A DNA stretch of 64,000 nucleotides from an uncultured Gammaproteobacteria bacterium (GCA_964434055.1 CAYSSY010000003.1:10372-74371), one strand, 5' to 3'; shown: positions 27,723-36,913, numbered from the stretch's first letter. Notes: generated by a model from the letters alone, not told the origin. Translations and numbers: made by a program.

Positions 27723-28433
27723 TTACTTTGTGAATACCAACCGTTTGGTGTGCACTAGGCCATTGGCCACTAACGAATAAATATATGTTCCGCTGGCAAC
27801 CTGCAAGCCTGCACTATTGGTGCCATCCCAGAGGGTGGTGTGTTTACCTGGTGCCAACCGGTTATTGATCAATGTCCTGATCTCACGACCAAGCAGATCA
27901 TAGATAACCAATCGGACATAGCCGGACATTGGAATAGAAAACTCAATCGTCGTTACGGGATTAAAAGGATTGGGATAATTCTGTGCCAGAACATAGCCGT
28001 TGGGTTGAGAGTGTTCTTTTTCGATCCCAGTCGGCAAAGAACCCTTTGAAATCAGATAGTTTGGCCCAATGTATTCCGTGCCGTTATAAAAAACCCATCT
28101 CAGTCGGTACCAAATGTTGTTGTATAGAAACTTATCGACGTTATAACGACACCCATAATTGGTTGTCGCTGGATAATTACCGCGACCGTCTTTTCGTATA
28201 ACTCCTAATTGCCAAGTCATGCCGCAATCAAAACTTACGTCCAAATAGACGTAAAGGGTTTCGATCTCGTAATAGGTAACCCAACGTACTGAATCACTAG
28301 TTGGCGTGCAATAAGCACTCACCAACTCAAATCTCCCCATATTGACCTCACCAGCCATAACCTGGTTTGCTGCGCCGGATACCATACTGATAGCCACTAA
28401 AGCTGCCAAAACCAATAACCAGTTCTGTCTCAT
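27723..28433 (-). CDS. Secreted protein with C-terminal T9SS type-A sorting / FlgD Ig-like domain
   Basis: LAQNYPNPFNPVTTIEFSIP...IYDLLGREIRTL...WDGTNSAGLQVASGTYIYSL; signal peptide; GGAGG SD. Confidence 0.85.
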   Translation of the reverse strand: MRQNWLLVLAALVAISMVSGAANQVMAGEVNMGRFELVSAYCTPTSDSVRWVTYYEIETLYVYLDVSFDCGMTWQLGVIRKDGRGNYPATTNYGCRYNVDKFLYNNIWYRLRWVFYNGTEYIGPNYLISKGSLPTGIEKEHSQPNGYVLAQNYPNPFNPVTTIEFSIPMSGYVRLVIYDLLGREIRTLINNRLAPGKHTTLWDGTNSAGLQVASGTYIYSLVANGLVHTKRLVFTK

Positions 28434-28567
28434 GGTTTACTTCCTCCATTAATGAAATGTGGGTTTTAAAAAATCCCTTTTTAAAAGGGCAGGATATGAT
28501 TGATAAATTTTAAGAAGTCTAACATTTAAAAATAATCCTGTCAAGAGTAAAATAGCCTTTTATCAAC

Positions 28568-28951
28568 TTATTTATTGGTACGTCTTTTAGACTCAGCCTG
28601 GCGCACTCTTTTTTCATCAAGACCAAAGTGATGAGCAATCTCATGCCAGACGGTATCTTTTACTAATTCTTTTATAGCTTCTGCACTTTTAGCAACCATT
28701 AAAATTGAATTCTTAAAAATGGTTATTTTATCAGGTAACACGGCTGAGTAATTAATACCCCGCATATTCTGTGGTACGCCCTCATACAATCCAAAAAGTA
28801 GTTGATCTGATCTTAAATTAACTTTTTGCTTTTGCAAGGCACTGGGTTCAGCTTCAACTATGATACTCACATTATTCAACTTCTTTAAAAATCTTTCTGG
28901 AATAGCAGCCACGCCTTGTTGCACTAATTGTTCAAATAATTCATCGTCCAT
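28568..28951 (-). CDS. Zincin-like metallopeptidase (DUF1025-type)
   Basis: LFGLYEGVP, PDKITIF, HEIAHHFG. Confidence 0.88.
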   Translation of the reverse strand: MDDELFEQLVQQGVAAIPERFLKKLNNVSIIVEAEPSALQKQKVNLRSDQLLFGLYEGVPQNMRGINYSAVLPDKITIFKNSILMVAKSAEAIKELVKDTVWHEIAHHFGLDEKRVRQAESKRRTNK

Positions 28952-28955
28952 AATA

Positions 28956-29504
28956 TTATTTTTTATTTATCTTGCTAAAAAATAAACAGATACTTAATAT
29001 CAGATTGATTATCAGTGACAGAAACACACCGCTTAATAAGCCGGTGCGTGTTACTGAATCACCACCTGACAAAAAGCGCAAATGAGGAAAAAAAGTATTT
29101 AACCATGGCGCTTCTGGCGGATAAAAAGCGAAAAAGGAATTACTGGGCAGCCAAGACCTAACTTGATTAATATTTAACACTGCAATCCAAAACCAATAAC
29201 TTAAACTTTCTAAACCAAATAGTCCAAAAATAACTAAAAACAGCCAATAAATTTTGGATAACTTAAATAATCTTAAAAACACAAAACCGCTGCCAAGAAA
29301 AACTAAAAAAATAAGACTAGGATAAATTAGGTTAGCATCTTTAAAAATCCAAGGCAGTCTTTCCCAAGTATAATAGGCCATCAAGTTGCCTTTAATAAAA
29401 GCATCAATCAAACCAACAAAATAAACATTAACAATAGAGATAAAAAATATTTTTAGATATTCCATAATTATTGACATGTATACTTCATTATTATAAAATT
29501 TCAT
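28956..29504 (-). CDS. Hypothetical multi-pass membrane protein
   Basis: 182-aa ORF with about four hydrophobic segments. Confidence 0.6.
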   Translation of the reverse strand: MKFYNNEVYMSIIMEYLKIFFISIVNVYFVGLIDAFIKGNLMAYYTWERLPWIFKDANLIYPSLIFLVFLGSGFVFLRLFKLSKIYWLFLVIFGLFGLESLSYWFWIAVLNINQVRSWLPSNSFFAFYPPEAPWLNTFFPHLRFLSGGDSVTRTGLLSGVFLSLIINLILSICLFFSKINKK

Positions 29505-29544
29505 ATTAAATTAGTTTTCACAATTTGTTATTTGGAGGCACAAA

Positions 29545-29979
29545 ATGTTACAAAAAACTTGGCTCGAACTAAAATCGCCACTACCTGAAAAATATTTTGA
29601 AAGGTTTGCTAGTTTGTACACTCGATTAACTGGCCAACCTCTCCACATACCTGTTGAGCAAATTACGGCTGCAGCTGTTTGGTCAACTTTGCTGCAAATT
29701 AACCACCACCTGTTGGAAAAAAGCAGCGGACGAATAGTTATGGAACAAAGTTATTTTAAGGTTCCGACATACTTCAGACCGGCTGAATTATTGAGTGCCT
29801 TAAAGAACTTATTTGAGGCCTACAATAAAAATATCGATAAGACATTTGTCTTTAATTGGCTTCATATAAGAGACTGTGCGATCTGTGCGACCAGTTTCAC
29901 TTTATTTGTCTCCGGTTTTTTAAAAACAATAGTTAACAAAAAATCTTTTGAAAGAAATATCATCGAACTTATGAATTAA
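29545..29979 (+). CDS. Hypothetical protein
   Basis: 144-aa ORF with GGAGG SD and H-x3-C-x2-C near the C-terminus. Confidence 0.55.
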   Translation: MLQKTWLELKSPLPEKYFERFASLYTRLTGQPLHIPVEQITAAAVWSTLLQINHHLLEKSSGRIVMEQSYFKVPTYFRPAELLSALKNLFEAYNKNIDKTFVFNWLHIRDCAICATSFTLFVSGFLKTIVNKKSFERNIIELMN

Positions 29980-30005
29980 CTCTGGGTACACTACACCTGG
30001 GGTTT

Positions 30006-30737
30006 TTATTTTTTCTGGGCAATGGTTAACAAAGTCCAAGCCTGATCAGAACTAGCTTCTACTCCTTTCTGAGTAAACTTGTTAACTAAAACCGAAAAAT
30101 CACTTTTATAAAGTAATACCTCCAGTTCCTCAGGGCTAAAAAAATGACAATAGCGATAAATTATTTTTTGCCGATGTTTCCAAGGAAAATAAATTTCTTT
30201 AAATTGAAAAATTAAACTTAAAGGCATGTGTCGCAACCGAAAAAATAAATTAAAACGACTATGCCAAAATTTTTTCTGTCTAAGGTTCCAGTTAGTCATT
30301 AGAATGTACCCGCCGGGCTTCAGAACCCGTGCGACTTCCTTAAAAATCTTAAGCTGTAAGTCTTGTGATGGTATGTGATGCATAACAGCAATCATAAATA
30401 CAACATTAAACGAGCTATCTGTGAAAGTCGCTAAATTACAAATGTCATCTTTAATAAAATTAACGTTTGTTAAAGCACTAAATTTTTCTTGAGCCTTAGT
30501 AATTAAAGTGCTACAATTATCAACGCCCGTATATTTTATTTTTTTACTTTTTAAAACCTCAAATAAACGACCATTACCACAACCTAAATCAAGAACACTG
30601 TCACCATCTTTAACATATTTATTTAGTATTGTAAATTCAGCCCAAGGGTACTGTCGGGTATTATTAAACTCATCGGCTAAAAAATTATAATCTGCTGTTG
30701 TTTTAGATAGCAATTTGTTAATTAATTTTTTATTCAT
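30006..30737 (-). CDS. Class I SAM methyltransferase, Trm9/ALKBH8-like
   Basis: FNNTRQYPW, LDLGCGNGR, IAVMHHI, RYCHFF. Confidence 0.75.
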   Translation of the reverse strand: MNKKLINKLLSKTTADYNFLADEFNNTRQYPWAEFTILNKYVKDGDSVLDLGCGNGRLFEVLKSKKIKYTGVDNCSTLITKAQEKFSALTNVNFIKDDICNLATFTDSSFNVVFMIAVMHHIPSQDLQLKIFKEVARVLKPGGYILMTNWNLRQKKFWHSRFNLFFRLRHMPLSLIFQFKEIYFPWKHRQKIIYRYCHFFSPEELEVLLYKSDFSVLVNKFTQKGVEASSDQAWTLLTIAQKK

Positions 30738-30738
30738 A

Positions 30739-32463
30739 ATGAAAATATTAAGTCGCGAAATTAAAAATATTATTCTAGCTACACCTCAAAATGAAGCAAA
30801 TTTATTATCTTTAAAAAGAAAGTTTGCTAAAAATTCCGGTCAACTACCATTGAATTCAGAATTGCTTTCAGTATACCGCAACCTTTTAAAAAATAACAAG
30901 ATTAAAACTGATAAAAACCTGGAGAAATTGCTGAAGAAAAAAAACATTCGAACTCTTTCAGGTGTAGCACCAATTTCTGTTTTGGTAAAAAATTTTCCCT
31001 GCCCAGGCAACTGTCTTTACTGCCCGACAGAAAAAGCCATGCCTAAAAGCTATCTCTCTAATGAACCAGCGGTGATGCGCGCTGTTTTATGTGACTTTCA
31101 CCCATTTAAACAGGTAGCACTGCGCCTCAAAGCCTTGCAACAAAATGGTCACTCCACTGATAAATTAGAACTGATTGTCATCGGCGGTACTTGGAATGCT
31201 CTGCCTGAAAAATATCGCTTATGGTTTATGTATAACTGCTTTGCCGCAGCCAACGAACCACAAATAACAATTAACAAGAAGCAAATAATTATTAGCAAAA
31301 ACCTTAAATTAAAAACACTTAACAAAGTGACTTGGAAAGATTTATATCGTGAACAGAAAAAAAACGAGATGGCACAAAACAGAATCATTGGCTTGACCTT
31401 GGAAACACGACCTGATTATATTACATGTTCAAATGCGCTTGAAATGCGGCAACTGGGCTGCACGCGAGTGGAACTTGGGGTACAGCATCTTAATGATAAA
31501 ATTTTAAAATTAAATCGACGCGGCCATGGTGTTGCTGAAACCATAAAAGCAACAAATATTCTACGTTCATTGGGTTTTAAAATAACTTATCATCTAATGC
31601 TTAATTTACCTGGATCAAATCCAGCTCATGATCTTGCGATGTTTAAAAAACTTTTTAAAGACGCCTGTTTTCAGCCAGATCAGATTAAAATTTATCCGTG
31701 TGTCGTTACTAAAAATTCTGATCTTTATAATCTTTGGCAAAAAGGCCAATACCAGCCTTATAATACTGAACAATTAACAAATCTTTTAATTAAAATTAAA
31801 AAAATTGTGCCTGAATATGTCAGAATAATTAGGGTTATTAGGGATATTCCAGAAACTTCAATCATCGCTGGTAATAAAATAACTAATCTAAGAGAAACTG
31901 TCTTACAAAATATGCTTTTAAATAATAAACCGTGTCGCTGCATTAGATGCCGAGAAGTAGGACATCAACAGAAAACTCAAATGCCCAATGTCAAATGTAA
32001 AAAAATAAAATTATGCACTAATAAATATGAAGCCGGATCCGGAACAGAATATTTTTTAAATTATGAATCAGTTGATAAAAAAGTACTCTATGCCTTTCTG
32101 CGACTACACCTGCCAACTTCTAAAAATCAGTTACTGGTTACTGATTGTCGGTTACCAGCTGCTGGTTACTGGCTACTGACCACCCCGATAATTCGCGAAC
32201 TCCACACTTACGGCGAACTGGTACCGATTGATCAGCAAGACAAGACAGCCAGTCAACACCGAGGCATGGGTAAAAAACTAATTTTGGAAGCAGAAAAAAT
32301 TGCTTGTCAAAATAATTTTAGAGAAATTGCTGTCATTGCCGGGATCGGTGTCAGAAACTATTATCGCAAACTTGGCTATACTTTATTAAAAGACACTTAT
32401 TTGGTGAAAAAATTGCGGAAAAAAAATAATGGTGGTATAGTTGAAATGAAAAAAAATATATGA
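30739..32463 (+). CDS. elp3: Elp3-family tRNA U34 carboxymethyltransferase (radical SAM + KAT)
   Basis: RTLSGVAP, CPGNCLYCP, GGTW, ETRPD, RELHTYG, QHRGMG, IAGIGVRNYYRKLGY; start MKILS at 30739. Confidence 0.92.
   Translation: MKILSREIKNIILATPQNEANLLSLKRKFAKNSGQLPLNSELLSVYRNLLKNNKIKTDKNLEKLLKKKNIRTLSGVAPISVLVKNFPCPGNCLYCPTEKAMPKSYLSNEPAVMRAVLCDFHPFKQVALRLKALQQNGHSTDKLELIVIGGTWNALPEKYRLWFMYNCFAAANEPQITINKKQIIISKNLKLKTLNKVTWKDLYREQKKNEMAQNRIIGLTLETRPDYITCSNALEMRQLGCTRVELGVQHLNDKILKLNRRGHGVAETIKATNILRSLGFKITYHLMLNLPGSNPAHDLAMFKKLFKDACFQPDQIKIYPCVVTKNSDLYNLWQKGQYQPYNTEQLTNLLIKIKKIVPEYVRIIRVIRDIPETSIIAGNKITNLRETVLQNMLLNNKPCRCIRCREVGHQQKTQMPNVKCKKIKLCTNKYEAGSGTEYFLNYESVDKKVLYAFLRLHLPTSKNQLLVTDCRLPAAGYWLLTTPIIRELHTYGELVPIDQQDKTASQHRGMGKKLILEAEKIACQNNFREIAVIAGIGVRNYYRKLGYTLLKDTYLVKKLRKKNNGGIVEMKKNI
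32131..32179. repeat. Heptamer tandem repeat within the Elp3 coding sequence
   Basis: ttactgg ttactga ttgtcgg ttaccag ctgctgg ttactgg ctactga. Confidence 0.75.
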
Positions 32464-32855
32464 TTCTCCCATCTAAATCTATAATTGCTTCTGGTCCAGT
32501 GATTATCGAAAATAATAAAGTCCTACTAAATAAAGACGCTGATGATTATTTCTGGAAATTTTGTGGTGGAGAGGTAGAAGATTTTTCTATTTCATTGGAG
32601 GAAAATGCCAAACGTGAGGCGCGCGAAGAAATGGGTATTGAGATTGAAATTATTAAACCCTTAAAAACAATTATACTTAATCAGCTGGAAAAAGAGCGTG
32701 TGGTGATTTTGATTCATTATTTAGCAAATAGAATCGGTGAGATAAAACCCGATGGCGATACCACCGAATGGAATTGGTTTGATATTCACAATTTACCAGA
32801 AGACGTTGCACCTAATGTCAAAGAAATAATAAACGACTATTTAAAAATTAAATAA
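32460..32855 (+). CDS. NUDIX hydrolase
   Basis: GGEVEDFSISLEENAKREAREEMG Nudix box. Confidence 0.9.
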   Translation: MILPSKSIIASGPVIIENNKVLLNKDADDYFWKFCGGEVEDFSISLEENAKREAREEMGIEIEIIKPLKTIILNQLEKERVVILIHYLANRIGEIKPDGDTTEWNWFDIHNLPEDVAPNVKEIINDYLKIK

Positions 32856-32897
32856 ATATGATCTTCGAATCTTTGGAATTCAAATAATCTATATTTT

Positions 32898-32952
32898 AAA
32901 ACCTTAACAGTTACCTGATAAAAGTGTTACTATTAACTTGTTAAGGTTTTTT
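32898..32952 (+). terminator. Long hairpin plus T tract upstream of glyA
   Basis: AAAACCTTAACA...TGTTAAGGTTTT followed by T-rich run. Confidence 0.55.
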
Positions 32953-32977
32953 ATTTTATTATCTAACTGCTAAAAAT

Positions 32978-34234
32978 ATGCCTTTATACGAAAATATAAA
33001 AATTGAAGATCCAGAAATCTACCAGGCACTCATTAACGAACTGGAACGTCAACAGACGGGTCTGGAAATGATTCCTTCAGAAAATTTTGTCTCCCAAGCT
33101 ATCTTGGAAGCCTTGGGCTCTATTGCCACCAATAAATATTCTGAAGGTTATCCTCATAAACGCTATTATGGCGGACAAGAATACATTGACGTCATTGAAG
33201 AACTGGCTATTGAACGCGCTAAACAACTATTTAAAGCTGAACATGTTAATGTCCAGCCTCTTTCTGGTGCACCGGCCAACTTGGCTGTTTATACAGCTTT
33301 ATTAGAACCAGGTGACACAGTCCTGGGTATGGATTTATCACATGGCGGACATTTAACCCATGGGCACCCAGTAACACTCCCGGCAAGAATTTACAATTTT
33401 GTTCGTTATAAAACTGATATGCAAACCGGCTTAATTGATTATGATAATTTACGAGAAATGGCTTTAAAAAATAGACCAAAAATTATTTTAGCCGGCTATT
33501 CAGCCTATTCTCGAATTATTGATTGGCAAAAAATAAAGACTATTGCTCAAGAAGTTAATGCATTAACTATGGCTGATATCGCCCATATTGCTGGCCTGAT
33601 CGCTGGTAATGCCATGGAAAATCCTGTACCAATTTTTGACGTCATAACCACTACTACTCATAAAACCCTGCGCGGACCAAGGGGTGGCATGATTATGTGT
33701 AAAAAAAGCCTGGGGGAAAAAATCGATAAAGCTGTCTTTCCACATCTCCAGGGAGGACCACATGAAAATAATATTGCTGCCAAAGCCATTTGTTTTAAAG
33801 AAGCTTTGGAGCCGAATTTTCAAGACTATGCGCAACAAATCATAAAAAATGCCAAATCTTTAGAATTAATTTTAAAAGAGCACGGATTTAAAATTTGTTT
33901 TGGTCAAACAGACAATCACTTGCTTCTAATTGACCTGACTAACAAACAAATAACTGGTCATGAGGCTCAAGACTTGTTTGATGAAGTTGGTATCACGGTT
34001 AATAAAAACATGATTCCAGATGACCCAAGAAAACCTACCGATCCCTCGGGTATTAGATTAGGGACGCCAGCATTAACTACCCGTGGTTTTATAGAAGATG
34101 ATATGATAATTATTGGCAATCTATTAGCGGAAATAATTGAGAATAAAAATGACAACTCAGTAAAAGATAAAGTCCGCCATGGTGTTAAAGAACTGACACA
34201 AAAACATCCTCTTTATCAAAATTTAATAAAATAA
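32978..34234 (+). CDS. glyA: Serine hydroxymethyltransferase
   Basis: PSENF, NKYSEGYP, HGGHLTHG, TTTHKTLRGPRGG. Confidence 0.98.
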   Translation: MPLYENIKIEDPEIYQALINELERQQTGLEMIPSENFVSQAILEALGSIATNKYSEGYPHKRYYGGQEYIDVIEELAIERAKQLFKAEHVNVQPLSGAPANLAVYTALLEPGDTVLGMDLSHGGHLTHGHPVTLPARIYNFVRYKTDMQTGLIDYDNLREMALKNRPKIILAGYSAYSRIIDWQKIKTIAQEVNALTMADIAHIAGLIAGNAMENPVPIFDVITTTTHKTLRGPRGGMIMCKKSLGEKIDKAVFPHLQGGPHENNIAAKAICFKEALEPNFQDYAQQIIKNAKSLELILKEHGFKICFGQTDNHLLLIDLTNKQITGHEAQDLFDEVGITVNKNMIPDDPRKPTDPSGIRLGTPALTTRGFIEDDMIIIGNLLAEIIENKNDNSVKDKVRHGVKELTQKHPLYQNLIK

Positions 34235-34255
34235 AAAAGGCCTTAAAAAACAGGC

Positions 34256-34525
34256 CTACTGACAATTGTGTGTCACAGAAAAAATCCTTGACTGTTTAAA
34301 TATATGTGCCAATCCTGGTGTCTTTGGGTATAAATCATAAGAAATTTGACTTTCATTATCCAAAATTAATTCCTGAATAATCGCTCTTTTTAAACCATCA
34401 TGTTCCAAAGTTTTGTGTAAAGCATTGGGAGCAATATTGGCAATATGATGGTAAACGACCAGTCCATTTGGTTTTATAAATAAAACCTCATAGAAACTGT
34501 TTTCTTCTAATCGTCCTTCAATCAT
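34256..34525 (-). CDS. Hypothetical protein
   Basis: 89-aa ORF coupled by ATGA overlap to the upstream ORF. Confidence 0.5.
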   Translation of the reverse strand: MIEGRLEENSFYEVLFIKPNGLVVYHHIANIAPNALHKTLEHDGLKRAIIQELILDNESQISYDLYPKTPGLAHIFKQSRIFSVTHNCQ

Positions 34526-34776
34526 AATATATGTACTCCATTGACTTCAAATAAAAAAGCAGTGTCGGTCCGGTTGGTTGGTGGATAGTCAATTGCTTTA
34601 GGTTCTTTCTCTCTTATGACCTCAATGAATCTTATTGAATTTAAATTCAATATCTCTTCCACTTCTGCTAGAGGAACTAGCCTGATACATTTTTGATCAC
34701 CATTAGAAAGTCGCATCATGGCCACAAACTTGGTTTCCGAAGTAAAAGGTTTAAGTTGATCTTTAAAATTTGACAT
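34522..34776 (-). CDS. Hypothetical protein
   Basis: 84-aa ORF with AGGAGG SD. Confidence 0.55.
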   Translation of the reverse strand: MSNFKDQLKPFTSETKFVAMMRLSNGDQKCIRLVPLAEVEEILNLNSIRFIEVIREKEPKAIDYPPTNRTDTAFLFEVNGVHIL

Positions 34777-34833
34777 TGAACCCTCCTAAAAAAGTTAAAT
34801 TAAAAATAGCAAAATTCTTCTAATAATAAGCCT

Positions 34834-35676
34834 ATGATTAAAAAAAGTCAAGTCATCGACGGTCAAAAAATTGCCATTAAAGAACTGGCAGCATTAAAGA
34901 GCCAAATCCAAAAAAAACGAATTAAACCAGGACTGGCAGTGATTTTAGTCGGCCGTGATCCAGCCTCACAGCTTTATATAAAGCTCAAAGAAAATGCGGC
35001 CAAAAAAGTTGGCATTAATTTTTCCAAATACTTGCTGCCAGAAATGACAACTGAAAAAAAAATAATTAATTTAATAAAAAGTTTGAATAAGCAATCGGCT
35101 GTACATGGTATTATAGTTCAGCTGCCTCTTCCAAAACACTTGAATCCTGATAAAATTATTAACACAATAGACTACAGAAAAGATGCAGACGGCTTCCATA
35201 AAAAAAATTTGACCTCGTTAAAAAGTAAAACTTACTTTATTAAACCAGTTATGCTTGAAGTTGTATCAAACTTACTAAAATGGACAAAACGGAATTTTAA
35301 TAATCAACTGGCATGTTTAGTAGCTAACTCTAATAAATTCTTCGAACCATTTCAGTACTTCTTGCCATCAGCCTTTGGGCTCAGAATAACCACGGCCAAG
35401 GTTGGCCACCGCGATTTAAAAAATAAAGCCAGGCGTGCTGATGTTTTAATCGTAGCTCTGGGTAAACCGCATTTTATCAAAGCTGATTATGTTAAAAAAA
35501 ACGCTATAGTGATTGATATTGGTATTACTAAAAAGGGCACAAAAACCCTGGGGGATGTTGATTTTAATAAAGTTAAAAAAAAGGCTGGCTTTATTACGCC
35601 AGTGCCTGGAGGGGTTGGCCCTTTGACAGTCGCTTACCTTTTAAAAAACGTCTTTTTACTCGCCCATAAAAAATAG
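34834..35676 (+). CDS. folD: Methylenetetrahydrofolate dehydrogenase/cyclohydrolase
   Basis: PGLAVILVG, HGIIVQLPLP, KDADGFH, TPVPGGVGPLT. Confidence 0.95.
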   Translation: MIKKSQVIDGQKIAIKELAALKSQIQKKRIKPGLAVILVGRDPASQLYIKLKENAAKKVGINFSKYLLPEMTTEKKIINLIKSLNKQSAVHGIIVQLPLPKHLNPDKIINTIDYRKDADGFHKKNLTSLKSKTYFIKPVMLEVVSNLLKWTKRNFNNQLACLVANSNKFFEPFQYFLPSAFGLRITTAKVGHRDLKNKARRADVLIVALGKPHFIKADYVKKNAIVIDIGITKKGTKTLGDVDFNKVKKKAGFITPVPGGVGPLTVAYLLKNVFLLAHKK

Positions 35677-35698
35677 TCCAAAATTTGGACTATTTTTT
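35668..35698. terminator. Bidirectional terminator between folD and cutA
   Basis: AAAAAATAGTCCAAA-A-TTTGGACTATTTTTT perfect inverted repeat. Confidence 0.7.
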
Positions 35699-36002
35699 AT
35701 TCAACCGAATTCTTGACCCATTTTAAATAATCTTGCGCTACTTTTTTTGCTTCATAAGCACAGATACATGGCACTTGATAAGAATGATATTTTTTCACAA
35801 GTAATTCTATATTCTTGATATTTTTCTTAGTTGTCTTGGCAAAAAGGATGACTTCTTTTGATTGTTTAATTTTACCTTGCCAAGAATAAAGAGAAGCACA
35901 AGGAAAAAAATTGGCGCAGGCAATTAGTTTATTTTCCAACAATAGGCGTGTAATTTTGACAGCCTCTTTTTTATTTAAAAAAGTCAGATAAATTAAATAC
36001 AT
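35697..36002 (-). CDS. cutA: Divalent-cation tolerance protein CutA
   Basis: LLENKLIACAN, YSWQGKI, HSYQVPCI. Confidence 0.92.
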   Translation of the reverse strand: MYLIYLTFLNKKEAVKITRLLLENKLIACANFFPCASLYSWQGKIKQSKEVILFAKTTKKNIKNIELLVKKYHSYQVPCICAYEAKKVAQDYLKWVKNSVE

Positions 36003-36062
36003 AAATTAAATAAAACTGGCATAGTTTTGAATTATACCTATTATTAAACAGTCACACATTTT

Positions 36063-36317
36063 TTAAGCCACTAGATATGCCAGATCGCCTTCTTTAACTG
36101 GCTGATCGACTTTCATGCCAACCAATTCACCAAGCTGCGCCGATAAAACATTCTGATGCTCAACTTGCATTGAGCTAACAGTTTGCTCAAAGTCCCGACC
36201 GTGTCCGACAAAATGAAGTTTATCGCCTTGTTTTAAACCACTGGCTAATTCTAAAATAGCGACACTCAAATGATCATAATAATGAGTGACTTTGCCAATA
36301 ATTTTTTCTCCAGCCAT
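36063..36317 (-). CDS. Small translation-factor-like beta-barrel protein
   Basis: IGKVTHYYDHLSVA...GDKLHF...FEQTVSSMQVEH...VGMKVDQPVKEGD. Confidence 0.7.
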   Translation of the reverse strand: MAGEKIIGKVTHYYDHLSVAILELASGLKQGDKLHFVGHGRDFEQTVSSMQVEHQNVLSAQLGELVGMKVDQPVKEGDLAYLVA

Positions 36318-36373
36318 ATATTTTTATTTGTTTAGTTAAGACCTTTAATAATATAAATAAAACATATAAATAT

Positions 36374-36913
36374 TTAGGCCCAACTAACCGGGACTCGATA
36401 TGACTGCCAGCCACCTTTAAATAAAATCTCTTTATTTTTTAAACCATGCTCATAAATGTCTCTGGTAATTTTGACATCATGCAAACAATATTCTTTTAAT
36501 TTATCCAACTCTTGGCGTTGCCACATTTTAATTGCCTCCAAACCATCACTTGTTTTTCCAAGACCCAAAGTGCCTTGAGCGACAGAATCTAAATTAACCC
36601 GATAACCAAGCTGCTTTTCAATTTCTTCTAAAATATCCAAGTGTTGCTGGCGATTGGTGTCCAGCTGTTTGAAATGTGCGCTAACGATTGGCCAATCAAA
36701 ATTCTTGGTATTAAAACCAATAACTAAATCGGTCTGTCTCAATAGTGCTTCCAATAAAGGAAAATCCTCCTGGGTAAAAGCATAAAATTTATCCTCAGGA
36801 TACCAATAAACCCCAGCGACGGAAATCTTTAGTTGGCGCAAGTTAGCCTTACCACCAACATCACTGAATGAATTCTGAGTTTCCAAATCTATTACCAATT
36901 TATTCATAGGCAA
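36374..36913 (-). CDS. RNase H-like DEDD 3'-5' exonuclease domain protein (YprB-like)
   Basis: DLETQ, IGFNTKNFD, HLDI, YCLHDV. Confidence 0.85.
   Translation of the reverse strand: MPMNKLVIDLETQNSFSDVGGKANLRQLKISVAGVYWYPEDKFYAFTQEDFPLLEALLRQTDLVIGFNTKNFDWPIVSAHFKQLDTNRQQHLDILEEIEKQLGYRVNLDSVAQGTLGLGKTSDGLEAIKMWQRQELDKLKEYCLHDVKITRDIYEHGLKNKEILFKGGWQSYRVPVSWA

Noticed and set aside
32856-32977. ZTP or THF riboswitch upstream of glyA
   Set aside because: Very AT-rich with no recognisable aptamer consensus; only a terminator-like hairpin.
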